DNA of 51,608 nucleotides from the IMG/VR virus record IMGVR_UViG_3300020215_000010; one strand, given 5' to 3'. The position numbers and the translations under genes were made by a program. The DNA is from a virus. The notes under the pieces are model-generated. The model was not told the DNA's origin. It saw only the letters and a list, made by a program, of their open reading frames with translations, and did no database searches. This document shows positions 34,709 to 43,212 of this stretch, piece by piece; position 1 is the first letter of the stretch; every line of letters begins with the position of its first letter.

Positions 34709-34882
34709 ATGAAACCGTTTTTGGCCGCTATGTTTCTTGTCGCTGCGGCGCTGCCGGCGCTCGCTCAAACCCTGGCTTGCGGGATTCCCCCGCTCGCGCC
34801 GCTCGGCTGCATCACCGGCCGACCCGTCTGTGTGTGTGATGCCGCCGGTAATTGCGGTTGGGTTTTTGTCGGCTGCTTCTAG
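34709..34882 (+). CDS. secreted Cys-rich peptide (57-aa precursor)
   Basis: Signal MKPFLAAMFLVAAALPALA; 6 Cys in the 38-aa mature part; GGGGGCGAA upstream. Confidence 0.5.
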   Translation: MKPFLAAMFLVAAALPALAQTLACGIPPLAPLGCITGRPVCVCDAAGNCGWVFVGCF

Positions 34883-36195
34883 GAGCTGAGTATCGCTTCC
34901 AACAGCGCCCGCGTCTGGTTCGGGGCGGCAATGCCCCGCGAGCCCAGATAGCCGAGTTCCGTACCCAGCAGGTTGGCAAAGTCCGGCATCTGGCCGGCGT
35001 CTGAGATCAGCCCGCGCTGGGTCAGGTTCTTCCAGTAATCGAATGCTTCGTCGGTGGCCCACTTGCCGCCCGTGCCCTGTGTGGCGAAGGTGGCGATCTT
35101 GGCGCGGCGCTGGAGCGGATCGTCGGACTCGAAGTCGAGGAACGACGGCGCATCCATCGCCGCGGGGCGGCTGAGGCTGGTCGGCGCGGCAACATTGCTC
35201 GGCTTAACGAAGGGGGAACCAACGCCGCCCTCGCTGCCGCCAGTATCGCCGCCGGGCGCGGGATCGGCCTTGCCGGTTCGCGCGCTGTCCCGTTCCATTG
35301 TCGCGTCCAGTAGCGAGACAAGTCCGTTGATTGCCGTGCCGGGCCCAAGGCCCAATACAGAGTTGACCACGGCCTGCTGCGACATCATACCGGGGTTTTG
35401 CGGGAAACCCGCCTTCTCGGCGGCTTTCTCCATGACGCTGCGAAACCCGCCGACCGGTGCTTGGCCCGGAGCCTGACCCGAACCGCCGCCGGTTCCGCCA
35501 GTAGCTCCGCCCGGACCCGGGCCGCCGACGCTGCCGGCCTGCCCGCCCTGGTGGCCGGGGGCGCCACCCGGATTGGGACCACCAATTGCGCCTTCGCCAA
35601 ATCCGCCCATGCCGTGAGGATCGCTGACATTGCCGCCGAGCCCTCGCCCGCCGGCACCCGTGTTGCCGCCCTGTGTGCCGGCGCCGTCCGGGCTGTCTTG
35701 GCTGTTGTCGTTGGAGGTGCTGTCCGTTGTGCCGCCGCCGCCCATGCCGCTGGAATCCTGCCCGCCCTGTCCGCCGGGACCACCGGGGCCGTCGCTCCAG
35801 AACTCCAGCAATCCGGTCTGCGGGTTGATCGAGCCGCCGTCCGTGTTCTGGTGAAGCATCTGCGCTTCTTGCGGATTGATGTGCGCCAGCACGGTATCGC
35901 CCATGCGGCCCTGCTGCTGCAGGGCAAACGCCATCCGCTTCAGTTCGTCCTGATACCCGCTGCCCATGCCGGGCATCGGACCCATGCCGGCGGGGTTGCC
36001 TCCCAATGCACGCAGGAAGGCCGCCGCCGTCGCATCGCTGGGCGCGGAACCAACCGCCTGACGCGCCATCTCCGCGCCTCGGCCGCTGACCTTCCCCGCG
36101 TTGGGATCGCGGTACCGGCCCATGCCCATCGTGCGCGCCATCTCCGGGATCATCCGGGAGCGTGACGAGCCGTAATTCGCCGCCTGGGTATGCAT
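34879..36195 (-). CDS. Gly-rich virion-associated protein
   Basis: 438 aa; GDTVLAHINPQEAQML...GSINPQTGLLEF motif, then a low-complexity Gly region of about 150 aa. Confidence 0.55.
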   Translation of the reverse strand: MHTQAANYGSSRSRMIPEMARTMGMGRYRDPNAGKVSGRGAEMARQAVGSAPSDATAAAFLRALGGNPAGMGPMPGMGSGYQDELKRMAFALQQQGRMGDTVLAHINPQEAQMLHQNTDGGSINPQTGLLEFWSDGPGGPGGQGGQDSSGMGGGGTTDSTSNDNSQDSPDGAGTQGGNTGAGGRGLGGNVSDPHGMGGFGEGAIGGPNPGGAPGHQGGQAGSVGGPGPGGATGGTGGGSGQAPGQAPVGGFRSVMEKAAEKAGFPQNPGMMSQQAVVNSVLGLGPGTAINGLVSLLDATMERDSARTGKADPAPGGDTGGSEGGVGSPFVKPSNVAAPTSLSRPAAMDAPSFLDFESDDPLQRRAKIATFATQGTGGKWATDEAFDYWKNLTQRGLISDAGQMPDFANLLGTELGYLGSRGIAAPNQTRALLEAILSS

Positions 36196-36197
36196 CG

Positions 36198-36404
36198 CTA
36201 TTCGTCCTTCGGTAACTCGTTGCTAAGCTGGAGGGGCAGCTCCCTGAGAAAGTCCGCCACTTCCCGCCATCCCTGGACCTTGCTCAGCCTGTCCTGCGTA
36301 GCTGCCGTCTTCCATGCCTGCTCCGGGAACCTCCGGTCCAGGGCGGCCAGCACCCACCGGGTCGTCGGCTCCTGGAGCCAGTCCTTGAGCGTTTGCCTGT
36401 CCAT
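36198..36404 (-). CDS. hypothetical protein (68 aa) nested over the portal 3' tail
   Basis: GC3 very high in this frame and about half in the portal frame over the same bases. Confidence 0.55.
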   Translation of the reverse strand: MDRQTLKDWLQEPTTRWVLAALDRRFPEQAWKTAATQDRLSKVQGWREVADFLRELPLQLSNELPKDE

Positions 36405-38331
36405 TCATCTGCATCCCTTGGTTCATCACCCCCGACATCATCACCGCATGGGCCTTGACGTGCTCCATCAGCAGCGAGCGGCCGAGCGAGGACAGCGCCG
36501 ATACCGGGTTGTTCAACTCCGCCATGTGAAGTTGGAGGTGCATCTGGTGGTCCTGGTCCGGGAAGGCCATCGGCATCATCGGCGTCTGCTGGAGCGCCAG
36601 TAGATTTTCCATCCCCGGATCGTCGATCCGCATCATCATGGTATTGCCCGGGTTGGGCAGGATTTCGTCGATGTTCTCCGACTGCATCGCTTCCAGGTAA
36701 CGGCGCGAGGCGTTGTAGAGGTGCTGGGGCGAGTTCAGGACCAGCGGGTTGGTTGACAGGAACTGCCACTCCGCATTTGCTTTTGTAAGCCGCTGCTGCT
36801 CCGTCGCCATCTTGGGGTCGGCAACCGGAAGGATCTGAAGGTCGGGCGCGTAGTCCTCTCTCGCGACGGTGAACTGCTTGAGTTCCCCGGCGACATCGAG
36901 GACCGCGAAGTATTCCTTCGGGTCGAGGAATTTGTGGTTGAGGCGGTAGAGCTTTGAAAGCTCGTTCGACCACGCCTCGTTGATCCGCTCGTAGACCGAG
37001 GAGAAGACCTGTAGCGACTGCTCGATAAGAGCCAGCAAGGCGGTAGGCTGAACAACCTTGTCGGTCTGCCCCGTGATCGCCTCGGTTACCGTTGCCAATC
37101 GGTCGGAGCGGGCCGCGAGCAATTCGATGGCCTGGAGCATCGAGACCTGGGGGCCGGGATACTTGGGGACCCAGATGCCCTTTTGCAAATCTTCCACAGA
37201 GCCGGGGACCTTGACGAACTGGCCCAGCTTCATCTGGATTTCCCGGCCTTCGATGCCCCCAAGCTGCTGGGACATGAATCCGGAATTGTTGCCGACATTG
37301 GCCAGCGTGGCCGCGTCGATGAACTGGCGGAGAAGCTTGTTCACGCTCGCGTTGGGCTGGGAGATCAGATGCCCCAGTCCAAGGCCATAGAACCCGTCCG
37401 GGTTCTCCATATAGGGGTAGTGGGTGAAGTACTCGACTGGCTCCTTGTCCGCCGTGGGATTACCCAGCTCATCCGTATCGTAACGGACGACAATGCGGAG
37501 CACCTTCCGGGTCGCGGCGTCAACCGTGACGACGTAGGGCTCCTCTATTCCATCGTCGTCCAGATCGAGCAGCCGGTGCTGCTCCAGCAGGACCACGGGC
37601 TGATAGACGATCATCCCGGGCTCGGTCAGGCCATGCGACTGGTCGTGCGCCCGGTCGATGTTGTTCTTGGCCTCATCCCATACAGCGGGAGTGCCTTCGT
37701 CGATGAAGACGCCCTTCTCCTTGAGGATGCGCGTCTTGTTGACCGACATACGGATGATGTGCGTCTTGCGCTCTATGTCCTCCAATTCACGGGGACCCAC
37801 CCCGTAGGAAACCGTGAGGTCGATGGCGCGGACGTTATCGACGATGTTCCGCTTGCGGGCCGGGCAGTAGTACGACTTGGTGAACACCGAGCCGTGGAGG
37901 GGAACGCCGAGCAGAAGGCGGTCCTTGCCCCGCTTGTAGAGCTTGTCCTTGACGGTGCACTGCCAGGCCATATGCGCGCCCACGCGCTTGGCCCGCTCAA
38001 TCGAATGGGAGTCGTCCTTGCCAACCGGGATGGCCTTGATGAAGTTCCGGCTGGGGAACATGGCCTTGTAGGCTCTGGCTGCAAACTGGGTGCAGCCCTC
38101 GGCCAGCAGCGGTAATGATTCGCTCGAAGAGCCTTCCCACGGGGGGTTCTTCGGCTTGTCGTCCTGGTAATACATCTTGAGCCAGAAAGCGTGCTTCTCG
38201 ATCCATTGCTTTCTTGACTCCTCGTCGTGCCGCCACTCCTCGTAGACCCGGTTGCCGATCTCGGTCAGTTCTTTCTCGTCGAGCTTTGCCGCGATATTCC
38301 GTGTTTCTGGGTGCAGGAATTCGTCGCTCAT
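36223..38331 (-). CDS. portal protein
   Basis: 702 aa; PPWEGSSSESLPLLAEGCTQFAARAYKAMFP resembles the podovirus portal N-region; position upstream of scaffold and capsid. Confidence 0.7.
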   Translation of the reverse strand: MSDEFLHPETRNIAAKLDEKELTEIGNRVYEEWRHDEESRKQWIEKHAFWLKMYYQDDKPKNPPWEGSSSESLPLLAEGCTQFAARAYKAMFPSRNFIKAIPVGKDDSHSIERAKRVGAHMAWQCTVKDKLYKRGKDRLLLGVPLHGSVFTKSYYCPARKRNIVDNVRAIDLTVSYGVGPRELEDIERKTHIIRMSVNKTRILKEKGVFIDEGTPAVWDEAKNNIDRAHDQSHGLTEPGMIVYQPVVLLEQHRLLDLDDDGIEEPYVVTVDAATRKVLRIVVRYDTDELGNPTADKEPVEYFTHYPYMENPDGFYGLGLGHLISQPNASVNKLLRQFIDAATLANVGNNSGFMSQQLGGIEGREIQMKLGQFVKVPGSVEDLQKGIWVPKYPGPQVSMLQAIELLAARSDRLATVTEAITGQTDKVVQPTALLALIEQSLQVFSSVYERINEAWSNELSKLYRLNHKFLDPKEYFAVLDVAGELKQFTVAREDYAPDLQILPVADPKMATEQQRLTKANAEWQFLSTNPLVLNSPQHLYNASRRYLEAMQSENIDEILPNPGNTMMMRIDDPGMENLLALQQTPMMPMAFPDQDHQMHLQLHMAELNNPVSALSSLGRSLLMEHVKAHAVMMSGVMNQGMQMNGQANAQGLAPGADDPVGAGRPGPEVPGAGMEDGSYAGQAEQGPGMAGSGGLSQGAAPPA

Positions 38332-38855
38332 TTACGCGGCTGCGCTAGGTAATGGCGCATGGCTTCGAGCAGATATGTCTGCTTGTCCGTGTACGTCCCG
38401 GACTTGCGCCACTCGTCCCTCTCATCGGGCGCGAGGTAGCCTCTGATGTATGCGTCAAGCCATGACCTATCCATCCAGTCATCGTAGGAACGGGTTTCCT
38501 TGCCGCTGCTGTGAAGCTGGTTGTATTTGCGCCTGTCGAATTCGCGCTGCTCTGGCGTAAGAGAGCCCCGGAACTGTTCTCGAAAATCCCTGAACTTGGG
38601 ATCGACCTGCGGCATGTAGTGCAGCATGTCGCCAAAAACCGCGCGCTGGAGCGCGTCGCCCGTTAGGTTCTTGTCGTAAACTTCGATGGTGGGTCGGCCG
38701 GGGTACGGATTTGTCGGCTCGTCCGGGTTGAAAAATTCAAGGCTGCCGCCGTATTGCGACACATCACCGCGACGAGCGGCCCAGTTATGCCCAGAGAGGG
38801 CGGGGTACTGGTTCAGAATATTCGAGATGACTGGGGCGAACTCGTCCTCAGACAA
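38328..38855 (-). CDS. hypothetical protein upstream of portal
   Basis: 175-aa ORF, ATGA-coupled. Confidence 0.5.
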   Translation of the reverse strand: MSEDEFAPVISNILNQYPALSGHNWAARRGDVSQYGGSLEFFNPDEPTNPYPGRPTIEVYDKNLTGDALQRAVFGDMLHYMPQVDPKFRDFREQFRGSLTPEQREFDRRKYNQLHSSGKETRSYDDWMDRSWLDAYIRGYLAPDERDEWRKSGTYTDKQTYLLEAMRHYLAQPRK

Positions 38856-40401
38856 CTACGTCGCTCATCTCGGCGCGTCTGCGAACACGGGAATTCCAGA
38901 TATGCGGCACCATGCCGGGGCCGTACATCTCGACATCGATCATATAAGGCATGTCGAGGACCCGGGCGATGTCCTGGCACTGGGCGATCTTTTCATGGTC
39001 GGTGACGAATTCCTTGCCGTCGATGGTGACCTTGACGAATTTCGGCTGGCCGCGCTTGTCGAGCGTCGAGAAGTCGATCTTGTCCGTGTCGGGATAGGAG
39101 CAGTCGTAGCCGTAGCCCTTGAACTTCCTGAAGCCGATGGCGTGCAGGATCGAGATGCCGCGCATGGCCGCCGAGCAGCCGCCGGGAATGAGAAAATGCC
39201 CCTCGCCCAATCGCTGGGCGACGACATCCTGCTCTCCCGCTCCGACCTGGGCATGGTAGCCATAGACCCTCGCTTTCTTCTCGATGAGGCGGTCAATCGT
39301 GGTTGGATGGACCATTGAGGCGACGAGGTAGCGCACCTCGGGATGGGGGTTCTCGATAAAGTCCTGGACGTGCGAGCGGGGATCGAGGAGCACGCAGGCC
39401 CACGGGATTATTCCCTGGGCAATCAGGTCGTCATGCGCCGACTTGACGCAGACGACGTAGTGGTTGGGCTTCTGCTGAAGCTCCTTGATGGTCTCGTAGT
39501 AGTCCTTGAGGCTGGGGCCGCCGGAGCAGAACACGGCGATGCCGTCGTGAATCTTGCACTCGACCAGCCAGTCCTTGAGCAACGTGGCCGAATAATGGAC
39601 GTTGGCCCGGATGTTGACCTCGGGGACGCAGTTCTTGGTCTTGACCATGATCTCCATCCCTCCAGCGGAGGTATGGGCGATGGCCCCGATGCCCTTCATG
39701 CCGTCGGGGCGCTTCTGCTTCATCTTCTTCTTGGCGACCGGCCCCTTGTCGTGGCGCATCCTTGTGCCGAGGATGGACTGGTTGAATACCTCCAGCCCGG
39801 ATAGGTCGGCGCTGATGTTGTGCCACCAGCCTTCACGAAGCTGGTCGAACACGTAGGAGTCGTGCCACTCCTTCATGTTGAAGATTTCGCCCGTGACATA
39901 GGCGTTCCTGAACTTCGCCAGGAACTCGTCCGCCCGGTATTGAGTATTGAACCCGACGAAGCCGCACTCCGAATGCGGCCAGTCCTTGCGACCGAGGTAG
40001 GAGCCCGCGAATCCCTCGGGGCAGACCGCTTCGACGAATTCCTCGTCCACCTTGGCGTGGGTCTCTATGTCGGCATCGAGCCAGATCCACCACTGAGCCG
40101 CTTTGCTGGCGATCCGCTTGGGATCGGTCAGGGCAAAGACCTTGTGGCTGAAGCGCACGGCCTGGAAGCGGTAGTCCGACGAGGTGTCGAACTTCTCGTC
40201 CATGAACTTCTGCCGGTCCGCGTCCTGGTCGAGATCGACATAGGTAATGCGCGGGGACTGGATATCCGGCTTCGTCCCCTCGTAGTAGACCCACAGGGGG
40301 ATCGAGACGGGCCAGTGCTTCAAGTAGGATTCGATGAAGCGTCTGCCGTAAAGCCCGTAGTGCTTCCGGCCGAACGTGGTGACGCAGGCAAAGCGTGTCA
40401 T
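38848..40401 (-). CDS. two-domain glycosyltransferase: GT-A-like N-domain plus MptE/Maf (DUF115)-like C-domain
   Basis: WLDADIE (DxD); AVFCSGGPSLKD, VVCVKSAHDDLIAQGIIPWACVLLDPR, GGCSAAMRGISILHAIGF..GYGYDCSY. Confidence 0.6.
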   Translation of the reverse strand: MTRFACVTTFGRKHYGLYGRRFIESYLKHWPVSIPLWVYYEGTKPDIQSPRITYVDLDQDADRQKFMDEKFDTSSDYRFQAVRFSHKVFALTDPKRIASKAAQWWIWLDADIETHAKVDEEFVEAVCPEGFAGSYLGRKDWPHSECGFVGFNTQYRADEFLAKFRNAYVTGEIFNMKEWHDSYVFDQLREGWWHNISADLSGLEVFNQSILGTRMRHDKGPVAKKKMKQKRPDGMKGIGAIAHTSAGGMEIMVKTKNCVPEVNIRANVHYSATLLKDWLVECKIHDGIAVFCSGGPSLKDYYETIKELQQKPNHYVVCVKSAHDDLIAQGIIPWACVLLDPRSHVQDFIENPHPEVRYLVASMVHPTTIDRLIEKKARVYGYHAQVGAGEQDVVAQRLGEGHFLIPGGCSAAMRGISILHAIGFRKFKGYGYDCSYPDTDKIDFSTLDKRGQPKFVKVTIDGKEFVTDHEKIAQCQDIARVLDMPYMIDVEMYGPGMVPHIWNSRVRRRAEMSDVVV

Positions 40402-41852
40402 TTCAGCCCAAATAGTGGGGAGTCAACCTCCCCGATGATGTTGATGTATTTCCGGTAGCCATCGCCCTTCAGTCGAGGAGCGACCCCGTGCACCGAGTCC
40501 GGCGTGTTGAGGAAGAACAGAACGGTTCCGGGAAGGCACTCAATCGTCTCGACGATCTCGACGCTTCCGGGCTCCGCTTCCGCTTTCTTGACCATGCCCT
40601 CGCGGCCGACAAACGAGCGCGGACCCTTCCAGCGATAGATTTCAAGCTCGCCGCCGCCGAGATAAACCAGGCCCGCATAAAGTTCCTTCGGGTCATCGAT
40701 GTGGGGTCCTCTCACCGATGAGGTTTCCTCGACCGGTGTATTCACCGCGAACTGGCAGTCGAGGCGGAACGGTTGCTTATCCCTGCCCCTAACCCCGGCG
40801 GTGAGCGGGAGGGACCCCAGTTGCGGATAGAGACGACGGATCTCGGGGGCGAAGATGAGGAACAGCTCGTTGAGGAACTGCTCCCCGGTGTGAAGCTCGA
40901 AAAACTCGCGCCAGAAGGCGGAGGTGGATTCGTCGCCGAGGACTTCGCGGGCCGAGCGCTGGTAGAGGGTGTTCTGTTTTGCCGGTCGGCCGAGGATGAT
41001 GTCCGCAGGATCGGGGAAATTCTTTTCAAGCTGTTCCAGGTAAACCGGGTCAAGCCGGCCAGCAATGTAAGGGAATGGCTTGACACGGTCCCTCCTTTCA
41101 ACAAGGGCGCCAAGAACGGATTTCAGCCGAACGCCTGGGTTATGCCGTAGCGGTTCAGCAGGTTTTGCTCCCACGTCAGCCGGGGCGTGGTGGCGGTACT
41201 TGCCCTGGACCGGGACCTTGAATCCTTCGTCGCTCGTTTTTCTGAGGGCGCAGACGAGCATGATGTTCTTGTCGGTCGGTTCCGGTCTTTTGATCTCTTT
41301 CGGGTCGATGTTTTCGATGAGGACATTGCCATCCCGATCCCCGGCGTACATCTCAAGGATTTCGTAGCCGTTGGCGTGAGCAAGATCGAAGAACAGGACG
41401 GGGTTGAAGTTGTAGAAACCGTGGTTCCGCCAGTTGATCCACGGCAGCACGTGCAGGATCACCCCCCTTCGTTTGCAGAGGTTGTGACAGGTCTCGAAGA
41501 TGGCCGCCTGGTTGAAGATGTGCTCGCCGGTTCCGTTGTTGGTGACGAGGTCGGCCGGCTCTAGATGCGGGTACGGTGTCGTCGCAGCGCTGGTGGCAAT
41601 TTCGATCTCCTTCGGGATACTGATAACCGTTCGATTCAAATCGAGGCTAACCGTCCCCTTCCCGTCGAAGTCGATGGACTCGTAGCGGGTAAACCCGAGG
41701 AAATCGTAGTAGTCGGGCACGTCCTTGAACGTGCGGTCCTTCAACTGGAAGGTCAGGGTCTGCGAGCCAAGCTCGATCACCGAGAGGTCCTGGCCCTCGA
41801 TGTGCTGGCGGACTTTCATCACCGCCTTGCCGGCCATCGGATTGAATGTCAT
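40398..41852 (-). CDS. class-I SAM methyltransferase fused to a P4H-like 2OG-Fe(II) oxygenase
   Basis: VIELGSQ, ADLVTNNGTGEHIFNQ...GVILHVLP; C-domain PHIDDP (HxD), YAGLVYLGGGELEIY, DSVHGV. Confidence 0.55.
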   Translation of the reverse strand: MTFNPMAGKAVMKVRQHIEGQDLSVIELGSQTLTFQLKDRTFKDVPDYYDFLGFTRYESIDFDGKGTVSLDLNRTVISIPKEIEIATSAATTPYPHLEPADLVTNNGTGEHIFNQAAIFETCHNLCKRRGVILHVLPWINWRNHGFYNFNPVLFFDLAHANGYEILEMYAGDRDGNVLIENIDPKEIKRPEPTDKNIMLVCALRKTSDEGFKVPVQGKYRHHAPADVGAKPAEPLRHNPGVRLKSVLGALVERRDRVKPFPYIAGRLDPVYLEQLEKNFPDPADIILGRPAKQNTLYQRSAREVLGDESTSAFWREFFELHTGEQFLNELFLIFAPEIRRLYPQLGSLPLTAGVRGRDKQPFRLDCQFAVNTPVEETSSVRGPHIDDPKELYAGLVYLGGGELEIYRWKGPRSFVGREGMVKKAEAEPGSVEIVETIECLPGTVLFFLNTPDSVHGVAPRLKGDGYRKYINIIGEVDSPLFGLK

Positions 41853-42457
41853 TCAAACACCATCACGCAGTCGCGGTTCACCTTGTCGGCGCGTCTCCAG
41901 CCCCAGGACTGGAGGATCAGCACGCCATCGTTGACGTTCGTCGCGTTCTCCTCGATCAGGATCACGGGGCGGTGCTTCAGCAATGTCTGCCGTCCGCCCT
42001 CAAGTACGTGTTCCTCGAAGCCCTGAACGTCGATCTTCACGAAGTCCGGGGCGAGGTCGTAGGTGTCGAGTGGCATGACGGGGACTAACTCGACGTTGTC
42101 GTATTTCATTTCTTTCGTTTCCCAAGCGCCGGAGTTTTCCGCCTTGGGCGTGTCCAGTGCTCCCCAGCACTGCCGTGAGCCGAGCGCGACGTTGTGCAGG
42201 ACGGCGTTATCCGGCCGGTTCTTCTTCAGGCAGGCGAAGTTCTCGGGTTGAGGCTCAAAAGCCACCACCTTCTCGAATCTCTTGCCCAGCGCGCGGGTGA
42301 AGAACCCGACATGCGCGCCGATGTCGATGGCTAGCCCGAAGCGCTTGACGTGCCTTAGAGCCGCTTCAAGCTGTTTAGACTGATAGGTGCCGGCGAGGGC
42401 GAAGGGGGCGAAGTGCGTGTCATCGTCGGGAAGCCAGAACTGGCCGGCCTGTTTCAC
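41849..42457 (-). CDS. FkbM-family methyltransferase
   Basis: AIDIGAHVGFFT and FVKIDVQGFEEHVLEG. Confidence 0.65.
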   Translation of the reverse strand: MKQAGQFWLPDDDTHFAPFALAGTYQSKQLEAALRHVKRFGLAIDIGAHVGFFTRALGKRFEKVVAFEPQPENFACLKKNRPDNAVLHNVALGSRQCWGALDTPKAENSGAWETKEMKYDNVELVPVMPLDTYDLAPDFVKIDVQGFEEHVLEGGRQTLLKHRPVILIEENATNVNDGVLILQSWGWRRADKVNRDCVMVFE

Positions 42458-43212
42458 GCGCTTTCCTTCAGCCTGTCCCAGATTGAGGGTCTGGGGTTTC
42501 TCATCCGGGAGCGTTCAAGCTCCCACAGCCCGCCGTGCTCGATAAACCACGGGGCCTTTTCCGAGTAGTGGACCGCCTTGGGTGTTACATCCGGTGACAC
42601 ACCCTGTATCCAGTTCCACTCGGGAGGTAGCTCTCCGATATCCTCGTCCTTCAGCCAGGAGAAGGAATGCAACCACGAGCCGGGTTTGTGGTTCACCACG
42701 TCAACCGTCAGATCGGCGTTGAGCGGGTGCTGGAGGTTGAACAGCACGAGGCTCGACCAGTTTTTGCGGTGGTATGAAGTCTGGGCTACCCCGTCCATCT
42801 TTACAGAGTCAGTAGGGGTGTGACGGTGCTTGACACACATCACCGCAAATCTTTCGTCCGCGAGAGCGAACAATTCCTTGATATTGGCCTGAAACAGAAA
42901 GTCGCAGTCCATGAACGCCGCCCATTTGGCAGAGGGCACGTCGCGCTTCGCCAGCAGGTAAGTCAGCCAGCGAGAATGGGAGAACTCGGTCGAGAATGGC
43001 TTTCCATCACGCTCGTCAACGTATTGACCTGTCTCCCCAACTCTCCAGGGTCGGTCGAACAGGCCCTCCGCTCTCAAGGTGCGGTGCTTCAGGGGCCGGA
43101 TATAGGTTGAGGCTTTGGTGCGGTCGATGATCGAGAAGCGGCAGACCTCGTAGGCGTCCTGTTCGCGACTGTCCCACCCGATATAGATCGGCAAGACCTC
43201 AGAATCGGTCAT
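42454..43212 (-). CDS. GT8-like (GT-A fold) glycosyltransferase
   Basis: PIYIGWDSRE start, FMDCDFLF DxD, KNWSSLVLFN. Confidence 0.55.
   Translation of the reverse strand: MTDSEVLPIYIGWDSREQDAYEVCRFSIIDRTKASTYIRPLKHRTLRAEGLFDRPWRVGETGQYVDERDGKPFSTEFSHSRWLTYLLAKRDVPSAKWAAFMDCDFLFQANIKELFALADERFAVMCVKHRHTPTDSVKMDGVAQTSYHRKNWSSLVLFNLQHPLNADLTVDVVNHKPGSWLHSFSWLKDEDIGELPPEWNWIQGVSPDVTPKAVHYSEKAPWFIEHGGLWELERSRMRNPRPSIWDRLKESA

Noticed and set aside
34879-36195. Gly-rich protein as a collagen-like (G-X-Y) substrate of the hydroxylase
   Set aside because: The Gly-rich region has no regular G-X-Y periodicity, so the link is purely speculative.
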